A stretch of 54,185 nucleotides of DNA, the filler included, from Streblomastix strix (taxonomy: Eukaryota), in assembly GCA_008636045.1 (NCBI GenBank). It is 2 parts of 2 records of this genome, joined end to end, with 100 filler letters (N's around TTAATTAATTAA, not from the genome) between each part and the next. Parts side by side here need not be neighbours in the genome. Positions count along the whole stretch, not along the records: positions 1 to 27,095 come from SNRW01000151.1; 1 more part is not named here. One strand, 5' to 3'. Positions 12,301 through 25,800 of this stretch are shown one piece after another. Within the stretch, counting starts at the first letter, position 1, and every line of letters starts with the position of its first letter. A program made the translations under genes and the position numbers. The notes below the pieces were generated by a model. The model made no database searches, was not told the origin of the DNA, and worked only from the letters and a program-made list of their open reading frames with translations.

Positions 12301-13906
12301 TTCCTAAATTTATTGTGGAGGTTGTATTGTTATTAATGATAATGGAGTAATTTGTTTTTCTTATAATGATAAATCTTATTTATTGAAATCATCTGATTTA
12401 ATTTATTATATATTTTCTTGTTCACTTAGTTACTGTTTATTTTCTTAACTATTTTGAATTGATGAAGTTGATCCAGAAATAGAATCATTTGATGTCTGTA
12501 ATTATTTTGTTCCTTATGATTATTTGTTTTATTTCAGTAAGTTTAAAACCTATGGCATCATTAATTACAATTTTGGTTATGGAATAGCAGCATTAAATTT
12601 CTTTTGATTTTAATTTAATTGTTAGTTCTACATCAAATAACTGTCTTCTTTACTTAGTAATGATGATATATCTTCATCTTCTCTCACAGCCCAAAGTGAT
12701 CTTCCTCTTTTGTATGTCATCCATCCTATAAGAATTGGAAGTCCTATTACAGCTGGTATGAACAATGACCATACAATCACAATTACCCAAATTTTACTTG
12801 TATCCAATATTGAAACTGGAATTCCAATGAAATAGCATGTGAATACAATTGTGATTAACGATGACCAGACTGTATTACCCAAAGGATGGAAGTAAGGCTG
12901 AAGAATTAATAGATATAGCACAGTAATCCCATACACAAATGTACCCATTAATGCAATGATCAACTTTTCAGTTCTTAGTACAAGTCCAATAATTTGCATT
13001 AATGTTGATCCAATCTATAATACTGTGAAGAATACTCCTGTTTACATCGTGAATATACCTTCTTTCTTGTGATTATGACTGAATATGAATAATCTAATGA
13101 GAAAAGTGAATGGTACAAGTATAACAAGGAATAAAAGTCCAATAATTAAAAATAGAAGTCTCATCGCTGTTCCGCAACTGATTGTTGCTGCAGATTCTGG
13201 ATCACTTGTAATTGTATAACATTGTGTACTACCAATGAACACACTTACACATGGAGTATAGAATATGCCTGATAACATTACTACTCCAACGTTGATAATC
13301 TTTGCAAAAACTGGAACTGCTGTTGAGCCTCGTTTGTTAAGCATTGTACAAATTGCCACTCCAACCATTAATACTAGTGTTAATACTCCTAGAACAATTG
13401 TCAATAAAATTAGTAAAATTTCACTCCTCCAAGCAATTGAAAATCCAATATATCTATTTGTTATATTTATAAAAGGAAAATAATTAGTTTATTTGATAAA
13501 AATATTTATATACCTGAATATGTCATTGATGATTTCGAGAATATCTGATCTCAACGGCCAACCTAGTCTTCGAAACGACACAGCCATACTCTAGAAGGCA
13601 ACTATGCATGCTTCGAAAACGTAGAAAAACTGTCCATTTCGCGGCTCCTGCATTAATAATATATTATAATGTTTTTGTATTACTGTGGATATTTATTTTA
13701 ATTCATACTTTATGAAAAGTGTATAACATCGCAAATAGTCTATGTGTGTAAGAACAAAAATAAATTTTTTATTAAAAATCAATAAATTTGTCATATTTGT
13801 CATACACTTCATCAATTGCATTAAATCTGATAACATTCAAAGCTGCAGCTTGTGAACTACTCGAACTTGAAGCAGATGATATGCTCTTCTTGTCGTCGGC
13901 AGACAT
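6343..13906 (-). CDS. Multi-exon TmcB/TmcC-like multi-pass membrane protein with C-terminal hemerythrin-like domain
   Basis: N-terminal TM cluster (about 12700-13650), Q/N-rich linker, helical repeat region (HEQYPGSVQLLRAYGALLRDIY), further TM segments near 10800, 8950 and 7800; GT-AG introns; TGA at 6343-6345; ATG at 13906 (a possible in-frame 21-nt upstream exon starts at 14014). Confidence 0.8.
6520..7470 (-). other. Hemerythrin-like domain encoded over four exons at the C-terminus of the membrane protein
   Basis: WKEEYSCDCLRFDIKHQKVL...TFYSLSEEEDLIIKYKIP...IHQVQHAAF...WLIDHVSKTDRELSALL. Confidence 0.8.
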
Positions 13907-14727
13907 CTGCTATTAAAAGAATAAATTAAGTAAATTAAGTAAAAATATCCATCTGTTTGATGATTAAGATTTATAGAATAATTTCTTAAATACGAAGTTG
14001 TAGTAGATTTTCATTCCAATGATGTTTTATCGACCAAGGATTGTTAAATTATGCAAATTTTATAGTAAAAATATTATGTAATAATATTGATTATAATAAT
14101 ATATATTATTAAATCTATCTTTTGCCTTTTATAGAGATTGTATAAAAAGAAAATATTCTCTGAAAAATGCAATTCGAAACTATTTATCATATAATTTGTA
14201 TTTATAAATTGTTAATAAAAGAAAATTTGGAATGAAAAAAATAGCTTGTACTTTTATCATTTTTTCAAATAAATTAAAATTGTGGAAAATTTTTCACCTT
14301 CATAAATTGTCAAACTAAATGTCAAAGTTATAAAATTTAAAATTTTCATATTTTTTGCAATCTATGATGTATATTTCATATTTTAGTGACAAATATCATA
14401 GACATTAAATTGAAAACTATCGAGAAAACTTAGTTTCTTTTTATAACAAATTGAAAAATGAATTTAATGAATTTTAATACATATATATAGTAATTGTATT
14501 TTATATCGTTGATATAAGAAAAATTAATAAAGTAAATGAATATTGAGCAATTTTTAATGAAGAATATTTTATTTTTAAACGACGAAAATTTTTATTGGGT
14601 TATAATTTTGCTGAATTAAGGTTATATTTTAAATAAGTATAATATTTTATGCATATATGATATTTTATTACAGAAAATAATGCAAAATTAGTTATAGATG
14701 CTTGAATGATCTACACTCGAGATAATA

Positions 14728-15158
14728 GTATTTTACGGAAAATATCGCAAAACAGGGAAAATACCGCAAAATCCCCTTCAGCCAGAAAAGAAGCCAACCG
14801 CTGAAACGTTTAACATTATATATGAATTACAAATTTAATTAACTCATTTTTTTTGCTTACTTTTCAGTAATTTTTTTTGTTTTTCGAGTAGTATTTCTGA
14901 TTTATGCGAAATTGCGACGCAGAGAAGATATTTATGAAAAACGTGCAATTTCTTCACGCGTACCAATTGTATATTAATTATACCCACACTATTTTGTATG
15001 AATTATGCATATATATTCATTTTGCACATAGAAATGCAATAATTTAATTTATTTTTATTTTCAGGAACATTTATTGATTTGCTAGCCTGTTTCGAATTAC
15101 TACTACTTCAATAGTTGTTTTTTTGTTTTATTGACTTATTACTGGAAGATTATAATAT
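14728..15158. repeat. Left TIR
   Basis: 14758-15158 is the reverse complement of 17000-17400 with one mismatch seen by eye; outer 30 nt imperfect. Confidence 0.95.
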
Positions 15159-15295
15159 AAACCTTATGGAATTTTGCTAACATGATGTGAAACGCGCATT
15201 TTTAATTTTTTTTATTCAATACAGTTTTAATCAATTGAGAAAGATTTGTCTTTATAAATTTAATAAAATAAGAAATTTTACCTGGTTGCGCAAAG

Positions 15296-16835
15296 ATGTC
15301 TAGTGCAGAATTTGAGGAACTAATTATGAATCATCTTCCAGATCATCCTGGTGATTATGAAACAGTTATGGTTCGTTGTGGATTCTAATACAAGAATATA
15401 ATAGCAGCGATAAAAGATATTTGTCTTGAGATCGAATATTGCTATGGGATTAGCTATGAAGCTAAGCCTTACCTCACCAAATCTCGAAAGTTGGAAGTTG
15501 AAACTAAAATCATTGAAATTTAAAGTTCTGGACCCGCTCCATCATTTGATGAAGTTAAAACAATAGTTAGAGATGAAATGAGTGCTTAGCAGATAAATGC
15601 AAATAATATTGCGAAGCAGCTATCTTGTGCCTCAGTGATTAAACTTTTTGGTGAACTAGCTCCAGAACCATCTGATGACTATGTGCGTAGATTACTGTAA
15701 GATCTAGAGATGTACTTAGTAAGACCGTCTGGCCTCACATCTGATTAATTTGAAAGTGCTACTTAATTCAAAATACTTTATTGATTTAACGTACTATTTA
15801 CAAAAAAAGTTCGTAAGATAATTTGGTGTAAATTATTTTTATAATATGGACGAACTTGGATTAGATCTTGATTCTAGTGTAAAATTAATTAGGATTTCAG
15901 ATAATAGTTGAGCAATTGGAGTGACGGAGGATACAATGCAAGGACATATATCTATGACAGTAACGGTTGGACTTGGTGCGTTTACTCCTCCATCAGTTTT
16001 TATTCTGTCAAAAAAATGCAAATTACCCGAAAAAGTGAAAGAAATGTGGAGTGAATGGTCCATAGATATAATTTAAAATGATTCCGGCTACTAAACATTA
16101 GACACTTATGATGAGTATGCTGACTGCTTTATTGAATTTATAAATGGACAAAAGTTTACATAAAGACTTAATCATTTTGCTCCAGTATGCCTGGCCGTAG
16201 ATAGTCATTCATCTCGAGGTTCTGCAACTGCAAACAGAAAATTCAAGCAACATAACATTATCAGTATAACATTTCCTCCATTTTTGACTTTTTGCATGCA
16301 GCCCGCTGATGTTGGTATCAACCATTCACTTCGAGCTAACTTCAGGAAGAACCTTCACGCAATTTGGCGGTAGTATGAGTTGACAAAAAGAACAACAGCA
16401 CTAACATAGGAAGAGAAAGTCATTGCAATGATATCTGCAGGTAGAGACGCTCACTAATCATCAACAACTAGAATTGCTCGAGAGAACACTTTTCATGGAA
16501 CTGGCTTGTTTCCTCGTTCTCCTGAAACTCTCTTCTTAAATAAATATATACAAAATGATTCCTTGCAACCAAAACATCAAACAGGCGAACCATAAAAGCG
16601 TAAAACTGTCGCTGGTAAAATCTTAACATCTGATGAAACGCAAGCCTGGTTAGATGAGCGCGCAGAACGACACAGAGTTCGCTTACTTCGCAATTAGAAG
16701 TAATTAATATAGCTGAGTGCTATGAATTTGTGTTCTTAAACATATTTTAATTATTAATTGAATGAAAACAATAAACTTTAGAATACTAGAGTTCAAGAAA
16801 AATTATTTGGCAATAACTTGTTAATTTACTTTTGA
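15296..16835 (+). pseudogene. pogo-family transposase (DDE_1, DD35D), disrupted
   Basis: FYNMDE...LAVDSHSSR...FPPFLTFCMQPADVG with 35 residues between D2 and D3; two internal TGA and one frameshift near 15800-15840. Confidence 0.88.
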
Positions 16836-16999
16836 AAATATATAAGTGATGAATATCTACAGATATTTAAGAGTTATTGATTCAATTAAATTAAAATAAT
16901 GTAATATTAATTAAGAATTCATTTGAAAATTAAAAAAAAAAGATTAAATAATTATAAAATACGTTTCTATCTTTATGCTATCACAATTTCATAATGTCA

Positions 17000-17430
17000 A
17001 TATTATAATCTTCCAGTAATAAGTCAATAAAACAAAAAAACAACTATTGAAATAGTAGTAATTCGAAACAGGCTAGCAAATCAATAAATGTTCCTGAAAA
17101 TAAAAATAAATTAAATTATTGCATTTCTATGTGCAAAATGAATATATATGCATAATTCATACAAAATAGTGTGGGTATAATTAATATACAATTGGTACGC
17201 GTGAAGAAATTGCACGTTTTTCATAAATATCTTCTCTGCGTCGCAATTTCGCATAAATCAGAAATACTACTCGAAAAACAAAAAAAATTACTGAAAAGTA
17301 AGCAAAAAAAATGAGTTAATTAAATTTGTAATTCATATATAATGTTAAACGTTTCAGCGGTTGGCTTCTTTTCTGGCTGAAGGGGATTTTGCGGTATTTT
17401 CTCCATTTTTCGGTAATTTTCGCTAGATAC
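17000..17430. repeat. Right TIR
   Basis: Reverse complement of 14728-15158. Confidence 0.95.
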
Positions 17431-20415
17431 TAAATGTGAAAATTAAAAGATCAATCACCTAACATGTATGCAACCAAATTTCAAATAAATATAAAATATT
17501 TAACAAATAAACTATTATTTATTAATTTATTTTAATAATAAACATAATAAAAATAGTACCATGCCAATATTCAATAAAATAATAAAAAATTGAATAACAG
17601 CTTAACTGAATTTTCAAATTTAATTATTTGCAAATTTATTAGGTAATACATTTAATTTACTATCAATGCAAATAAAATTAACAGATTATATATGATATGT
17701 GCATTTCAAGAATCTCTCCTTATTTTCAGAGCTAATTTTGCACGAATAAAATATTTTTAAAATTAAATTTAGTTTTCTTTTGTTTTTTCCTATAACTGAC
17801 AAGTATCCTGAAAATTAAACATTTTTAATCAATTAGTTTTAGAGAAAATTTGTTTTCATTCTAAACGTTTTATCTAGATCTACACATTTATTATCATTTT
17901 GATACAATAAATTTATCTAACCTCAAGGGGAGACCTCATTTTTTATTATCAATTTATGGTTTAAATTACTCATTCTTTATTTTGAGTTTTTCTCAATATG
18001 TTTTTTTTGACATTTTTATGAAAGTGAAAAATTTATATTTAGATAACTTACGTATAAATATTCTTTTTTCAAATATTTATCCTAATAATAATCAATATGA
18101 ATATCCTAAGAATTTTCTAAATTTCCATTAATAAGAGTAATTAAATTTTTTTTATGTTAATCAGAGAAAAATCGTTAAAATGGATAAATTTCAATACATA
18201 AATGTCGAATTAATTGGATTATAAAATATATTCCAAATATAAATTAAAAGTTATAAAAATTAAAATAAAATAAACAAATAAAAGTGTAACGTTAAGATCA
18301 ACTGTTCCAATGGAGTTATTAATATGTATAAATATGCATTTAGTCAAAATTTTCTGCTCTTGGACTAAAGTGCTGGAGGATGAATACTACTAACAAGACA
18401 ATACATCTTTAGACCTAATTAACTGTAAATTAGATCTCTTAGATACGAGTTATTCTTGCGCAGGATCGAATTTTGATATGGGTATGGTTTAAATGTAGAA
18501 AAAAAGTAATAATTCAAATATATCCAATAACTTGTAGTAATATGCTAATCTTTACGGCACTATTCATATTTAAAATGAAGCCAATGTAAATTGAAATAGA
18601 ACATATAGGTGATATTAGCTTTTCGCATAAGTTCAAAGAGTTAACGATTGAATATAATTCCAATTTTTCTCAAGGAAAATGCAAGAAATATTTATTTTTA
18701 TATTTAAAATTTATTCTCATCAAATAATTTATTCAGATAAAATGAATATTAATTTTTAATGATTATAAAATGAAAACTTGTGTTGGCAAAATGTACTTGA
18801 ATAAAAAATACTGCGAGCTACTTAGTATAATATTTATAATGTTGGAGCTCCGAAGAATTTTAAAAGAAAGATTGAAATAATATAATTAAAATTAGCTGAT
18901 ATACAATAGTTATATTCTTTTCGTATGGTATTAAAATATGATTATAAAAATAGGAATAAAAAACATATTTAATTGGATTTTTATGTGTTTGATCAAAAAA
19001 TATTACCAATTATTTTTAGAAATGTATCAAAACCGTATTCTCAAAAGAAATAGAAGTAACAACTTTGAATTTATTAAGATATATTTAAAAAAAATTTTTT
19101 TGTTTAATTGGTTTTATTTTTTAGATGGAACTTAATGTTCGAATTCGAACAAATTTTTGAAATAATGATAAAATTAAGTATTAATATTATTATATTTTAA
19201 ATTATGAAAATTTATAAAAATCTTCATTAAAAGGGTAAAAATTAACAAATATAAAATAAACTAGGAAAATATATTTATTTGATTAGCGTATTGTCTGAAT
19301 TATTATTTGGAGCAGAAATTAGTTTTTAGTATGATGAGCGCGGATATAAATTTATTTCATTCATTAAATATTAAAATATATTAATTTATTTGAGCAAAAA
19401 ATATATTGCTTATTATAATATATATTGTATTTATCTCATATATATAGGTCATATAGCTTTTTATTTATTTTTTATTTTTTACACATTATTTATCAAATAA
19501 AAAAAAGATATGGATCATTTTCAATACTTATTATTTTTGTTTATTATATTCAATAATTTAAATAAATAGTAATATTTAATTAAAATTAGTATTTAACTCG
19601 GTCCTAAAAGCAAAAATCATTAAATGCGCTGCAAAAAATGCTTAAAATGCTCGCTAAAAATGCACAAAAATGATCTGCAAAAAATTTACGATGGAGCATT
19701 TATAATTTTTAATATAAACTGTGAATATGTATTTATTTGATAATTATCTAAAAATAAAATCTCTAATTATGAATAAATATTTAATTGATACCATTCAAAT
19801 CAAAATTCAAAATCATAACTTTTTAAAATTTTACAATAAGTCCATCTAAATGGAATGTTTTTAATGTTCTAAGGATAAAATATGTATAATTTACATCATT
19901 TAATACAAATATATATCTTCAACTAATATTTACAAATCAATGAATTAAATAAATTACTTTTTATATTTTATTTATGAAAATTAATTTGAAGAACTTAATA
20001 AAGCTCCGCTAGCAACTTAGCGCCTTTAAGAGCACATATAACCAACACTAATGAAAACAATTTTAAAAATAGATTAAAGAACGATTTTAAAAACTTTATT
20101 GCGATTTTCAGTGATCCGACCCATACGACACCCGCAAATGACTGAAATTGACGAAGACCTTGAAGAAAGTATGCAACCCAAGATAAAATGAGCTTACACA
20201 TATTTTAGAATTTTTAAAATCTAAACATCAAAGAAAACAATGATTTCAAGCTCTATGACGAGGTTTTGGAAAAAATAGAGAAATTCAGTGATAATTGATT
20301 TGCTTTTAATATATTACATTTTGCTATTAAGGTCAACTTATCTTGCTTATTTTTACTTTTACCTTTCCAAAACAAAATTTCACGTACTTTTGATTAAATT
20401 TTTATTTTTCTCGGC

Positions 20416-22477
20416 ATGAAATGTTCTGACATAAATATTTACTTACTATTTAATTATCTTATTTAAACTTTGGTGTATTTATGATTTTTATCTTCAATTT
20501 CAGCAAAGAAAGGCTACCCAGTCAAGGTGAACGTGTACGATCTTCTTCTTGGTGGCCAACAAGTGCATATTCCATATCTAGTTTGGAATGAATTAATTTG
20601 AAACATTAATAAATAATTTATACATGCCTTTCTATTTTTAAACAATAATTTATGCTATAATAACAGGGATTATATCATTCAGGGACAGAAATCCGAAAAA
20701 GAGGTCACATTCTATTATTATTCAAAATAAATTATCTCATCAAATAACTCTCTCCTTCAAATATTTATTGTAGAATATGCTTTTGGTGCCAGCCGCCGTA
20801 AGGGAACAGGAGTTTGGATCCAATATCCTACCATTTCACCTGGTTTCTGCGTATTTAAATCGTCAATGGATATTGGTTTTTGCACCCTGAGCGATAAAGA
20901 AATCGATGATATTCTCTATTCAATGCGTGATGAGTATCAGGGCTAAGATTACAACCTCGTCAGACGTAACTGCAATATTTTTACGAATGATCTAATTGGA
21001 AGATTGTGTGGGAAGGTTTGCTCATTTTTTTTGTGTTATTATATTTTTAATAATAAAATAATATATATAGAAATTGCCTGGGTGGGTAAACAGACCAGCA
21101 GGATTTGCATTAGCAATCATAGGGAAAGGAAAATGTATGATTAGAAATCCTTAATACACTAATAATTAATATATTAATATATATTACCAGAGCCCAATTC
21201 AAAATTGGATAGTGGGATAAATCGTACATAGAGTTCTGATGATATTCCAAAGAAGAAAAGTCTCCTTATGAGAATATTCTCTCCTCCTGAAGCTGATTAA
21301 GGCAATCCTTCTCTTGCGACTAATCAATCAAAAGAAGCTCCACCTACAAACACATCAACAACAACACCTTCCCCACTTGCATAGAGTGGATAATAAGAAG
21401 CAGATAAGTCCAAAGCCAGCTTTACAAGCACAATAGATGCTATGAAGAAGAAGAATGTGTTGTCTAGTGTTGTATTAGAAGCTAATTAATAGAGAGGAAC
21501 TGGATCATTGATTAAAAGAGCAGCAAAGGGACCTGTTTCTTTGGATACAATGAAGAAGAGATTGGAATCAAGGTTAGCTCTATTAAATGTGAATGATGTA
21601 AAAAGAGAAGAAAAACAAATTGATCCAGAAAAAGCAAAAGAGATTGCAGCAAAGAAAGCAGCAAAAAAGATAATATAAAGACAATAGACAGTTATGCCAA
21701 CAGTAAAGAGAACTAAAGGATAGAGAGATTAAAGTCCACATATAAATCCAAGTGATCTCAAAAAGAAAAGATCAGTTTCTCCAAGCCAGGAGAGTAGGGC
21801 TTTGAAACGTAAAGAACAAAGAGCTCAATTACTGGATGAAATAAATAGACCTAATGCAAAGCCTAAGAAAATTGAGCCACCTGTGAAACCACCTCCTTTC
21901 TTCTCATTCTCTAATCTATTTGGATATGTGCAGACGACTTTCAACACATTATCATTTGGAATAATTCCACAGCCATAGTGGAAAAGGAAGGTTGAAAGAG
22001 CTAAAAAAGAATAACATAAATAAGGATCAGAATAAGGAGCTAAGAAGAGTGAAGCATCTGAAGCTGCACCGAAGTCTGCTAAATAAGCTCGTGCACACTC
22101 AGGATGGAGGAAGCTTCGTCTAACTGTTGTATCAGCTGCAATGCCTGAAGATCAAGGTGATAAGGTTGTTGCCATGTTCATGCCTTCTAAGGCTGAGGCT
22201 ATTCGTATGCAGGGAGGTGAGTTGCCCCCTGAAGATGAAAAGGATAAAAGGCCAAAAGTGTAACCACTGCCTCTATCTGTCAGAAGGGTATATAATATTA
22301 TGATTATTATTACTTTTTTTATTATATAATCATAAATTTTTTATTTCTTATTAATAAACTGCAAAGAAATTGGAAGGACATTCCTCTGGTACTAAAGCGG
22401 ATGCTAAACTGCCCCAAGTCAAATAGGAATAAATTCCACATGATAAATCTGATTATCCTGGCTCTAATCCCAAATGA
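20416..22477 (+). CDS. PPPDE/DeSI family (peptidase C97) deSUMOylating/deubiquitinating isopeptidase with long basic C-terminal tail
   Basis: VKVNVYDL, GLYHSG (catalytic His), EYAFG, YNLVRRNCNIFTNDL (catalytic Cys), LPGWVNR; several short introns; TGA 22475-22477; first exon tentative. Confidence 0.9.
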
Positions 22478-22862
22478 ATATGAGAGACTGTTGAAAGGCA
22501 GAGAAAATGAGAGATAGCTTGAATAAATCCTACAGCTTCATCGCCAACAGTTAATATATATTTTAATCATCTTGCATGAGTTATATTCTGTTCATACTTT
22601 TTCATTGTAAATCTTAACTGATATCAATTTTTTATTATTTATTTATTTTCTAGCACATATACACGTCATTCACACAATTTCCTGTTTATTATCAACTCAT
22701 AACTTGTTATATAGATGATTTTAAATTACCAAAATTGTTTTCTCTGCCTTTAAATAAACATATTCAACGAGTTAATCTATTATGCACATATATTTAGATT
22801 GATAAATTTCTAGTTTATTAATATGAAACATGTTATTAAATATAAAAGTCTAACTATTTAAT

Positions 22863-25800
22863 TCACTGCTACTTCATCTGAGTTCGCATTTCAGTGATTA
22901 AGTTAGATAGCTATTCTTTTACATGAGTTACTTTTGAGTGAAGTGCTACAGATGCAACTCTCTGTTTGATTTGACTCAGGAATGTATCATCGATTCTCAC
23001 AGACTCACGAGTTGTTAGGTATCTTTCTTCAGAAGCTAATAGTTCTGCAAGTGATTGTGATGTAATTGTAGTTGAGTCGTTCAAAATGATTGTTGTTCTA
23101 AGTGGCAGTTGGGAAGAAGCAGAACCAGAATTATGATCCTATGTGTCAGGATGTAGTTGTATCTCATTTTAAATGGATAGGATAAATTTAGAATGATCTT
23201 GAAAATTGAATTGAACAGTAGAATTTGTAAGAAAGAATGCAATAGCATCTGTTGTTCGTATAAATTTCCACAGAATTACGGTTGAATTAGAATTACATTC
23301 ATTTGCTATAGAATCATCTCCTGATCTTTCCTTTAAAGTAGATGATTGTATTTGCTTTGATGTAGAATCTTACTGAGAATACTAATTAATCAGCTATGAT
23401 AGAGGGAAGAAGTTAATATCTTTTGTTTTATCAATATGAATTTATTCTTCACTTTAATGTTTATCTTTTCCTCCTTATTCCCCTCTTGCTGGTAATCCCT
23501 TTTCTTTTGTTCCCATACTCCCTTTGAATTTAATAAATAAAGATGCTTTCTTCTCAAGTGCTGCTGGACAATAGTCTAAATTACAACATGCAGCTACGTC
23601 TTATGATGAAGTGGATGACGATTATTGCTTCTAATTTCCTTCACCAATCCTTTTTCTTAATATATAATATATATTTCTTCCTTAATCTTAATCGGTTCTT
23701 TTATCACCTTTTAGACTTTCTTTTCTTTAATTAAATGCATTAATTTATATGATTGTTGTTAAATCATTAAATAGAACTCCAACTGTTCCATTAGATAGCA
23801 TATATCCAAATCCATATTTAACAGTAAAATCCATCCAATGTGATATACGAATTGATTAATTATTTTATACTGATTAAGTCTATGAAGAAGGCATATAATA
23901 TTGAGAAGCAAATTGGGTAGCACATCCTGGAAGTGTTAATGATGTTGATGGTGAAAGAATAATATTCCCATCTTTCTCAGAAGTAGATATAATCATATCT
24001 GCTTACGTATTTGCATTCCGTAATGCTTTTGACAAAGTGATAATGAAAGATGAATATGAAAATGCTTTCTTAGATGTTGTATATGGCTAAGATTGTGGAT
24101 GTTACAGTTATGTTGGATTATTAATAGAATACTATTACTATGATTATTATTATGATTAAAGCGGTTGAAGTGTAATGGAAGGCATAGATTATACTTTAGG
24201 TACATTATTATATGTATTCATATTTGAATTAGTATTTGAATTTCCTATTGATGAAGATGGAGATTTAGAAGGTGAACATAAAAGTGATTGCATTGAATTT
24301 GGAGAAAATACTAATTAATTTCTTTGTTATTATGTTGTTGATATTGATGTAGAATTAGATGTTTATGAAGAGTTTATTTCATTTATATTAATATTTGAAT
24401 TTTGCTAACTAATTGGTTGTTACAAATTTACACTACCTTATGGAAATGGAGGTAGTTTGTTAATTGTATTAAAAGTTGGTGATTGAGATTACAAAGGAAA
24501 TTGTTATGATTATTATTATGATTTTGGTGGTAACAGTTATTTAAATTAAGAGTTTGATTAAGAGTTTGATTATGAATTAGACGGAGAATTAATTGGAGAC
24601 TTAGATTATAGATTTGATGGAGAGAAAGAAGGAGAAGGAGTGGATGATATTGGACGTAATTCAGATATTCCTTCCCATTAAACTTTTAATTTATTTTTAT
24701 TATCAATTTTCTTATCATTCACCTCTTTATTTTATTATGGTTGGAAGTTAAGTTATTACTAATTAGAATATTATTAAAGAATTGAAATCTATGCTATATT
24801 AGGTTATTTATCCTATTTTTAGATATAAGGAGATTATTATGAAGGTATTGCTTGAATGGGATTATTTGATTGAGAAGGAGATTGATATGGAGATGTTAGA
24901 GATTGAGATTATTATTTAGATAAAGATGAAGTATTAATATTTATAGATTAATTAGAAGATTATTATGAATTGATTGATAAAGTTGGTGAGATTGAATGTT
25001 ATATTTTATTATCAAATAGTTTCTATGAATCAATTATTATTTTATTTTATTTTTCATCTTTGAAACCTTTGTCTTCTTTTATTTAATTTATTTGTTCTTA
25101 TATTTATTACTGATCAGATAAAGCTAATGTTTTAAATATTGGGAGATTAGTTAGATTTTATTAATTGATAATAGATTATTAATTTTGTAATAATGCTGGT
25201 GATTATTATTATTATTTTAATTATTATTGTGATTATTATTATTACTATATCAAAAGCATTTTATTTTATAGTTATAATTACGATAGTTATTATTGTATTT
25301 ATTATGATACTTATTATTATTTCTTTAATTCTTGAATATTTTAATTGTTTATTAAGTTAATATTTGGAGAAGGAGTAGATTATTATTAGAATAATAAAGG
25401 TGAATTAGATCTATTACTTGGTAAATGTTAGTATTAATGCTATTATTATTCTGGATTTATATTACTCATAATATCACTTATTTTCTAATTAATTTTTTAT
25501 TTGTTATTCTCTTTTCTATTATAATCACTTTTATTTCCACTTTAACTTACATTTCCACTTCTACTATTACTATTACTTGTTGTAATACTGTTACTGTTCT
25601 CTTTGCTTTCTTTATCATAGGTATCATATTCATCTTCATCATCTTATCCATTTTTATTTCTTACACTTTTCTACTTTTTATCTGTTTTCTCATTATTCTT
25701 CATCGCTTATGTAATTAAATCAGAATTAGTTGATGATGATGAATTTGAATCTTAAGAATGATGTTATTTATGCTATTAATGATGTTATTATTATTGATGT

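Larger units (their letters stand above)
14728..17430 (+). mobile_element. pogo/Fot1-like DNA transposon with long terminal inverted repeats and TA target-site duplication
   Basis: TIR pair 14728-15158 / 17000-17430; TA at 14726-14727 and 17431-17432; internal DDE_1 transposase. Confidence 0.92.

Noticed and set aside
18180..19130. Coding-like stretch with long open frames under TAR=Gln
   Set aside because: No recognisable motif or consistent gene structure; long frames arise easily with a single stop codon
19995..20300. Short coding-like fragment
   Set aside because: Frame ambiguous, multiple TGA, no family recognised
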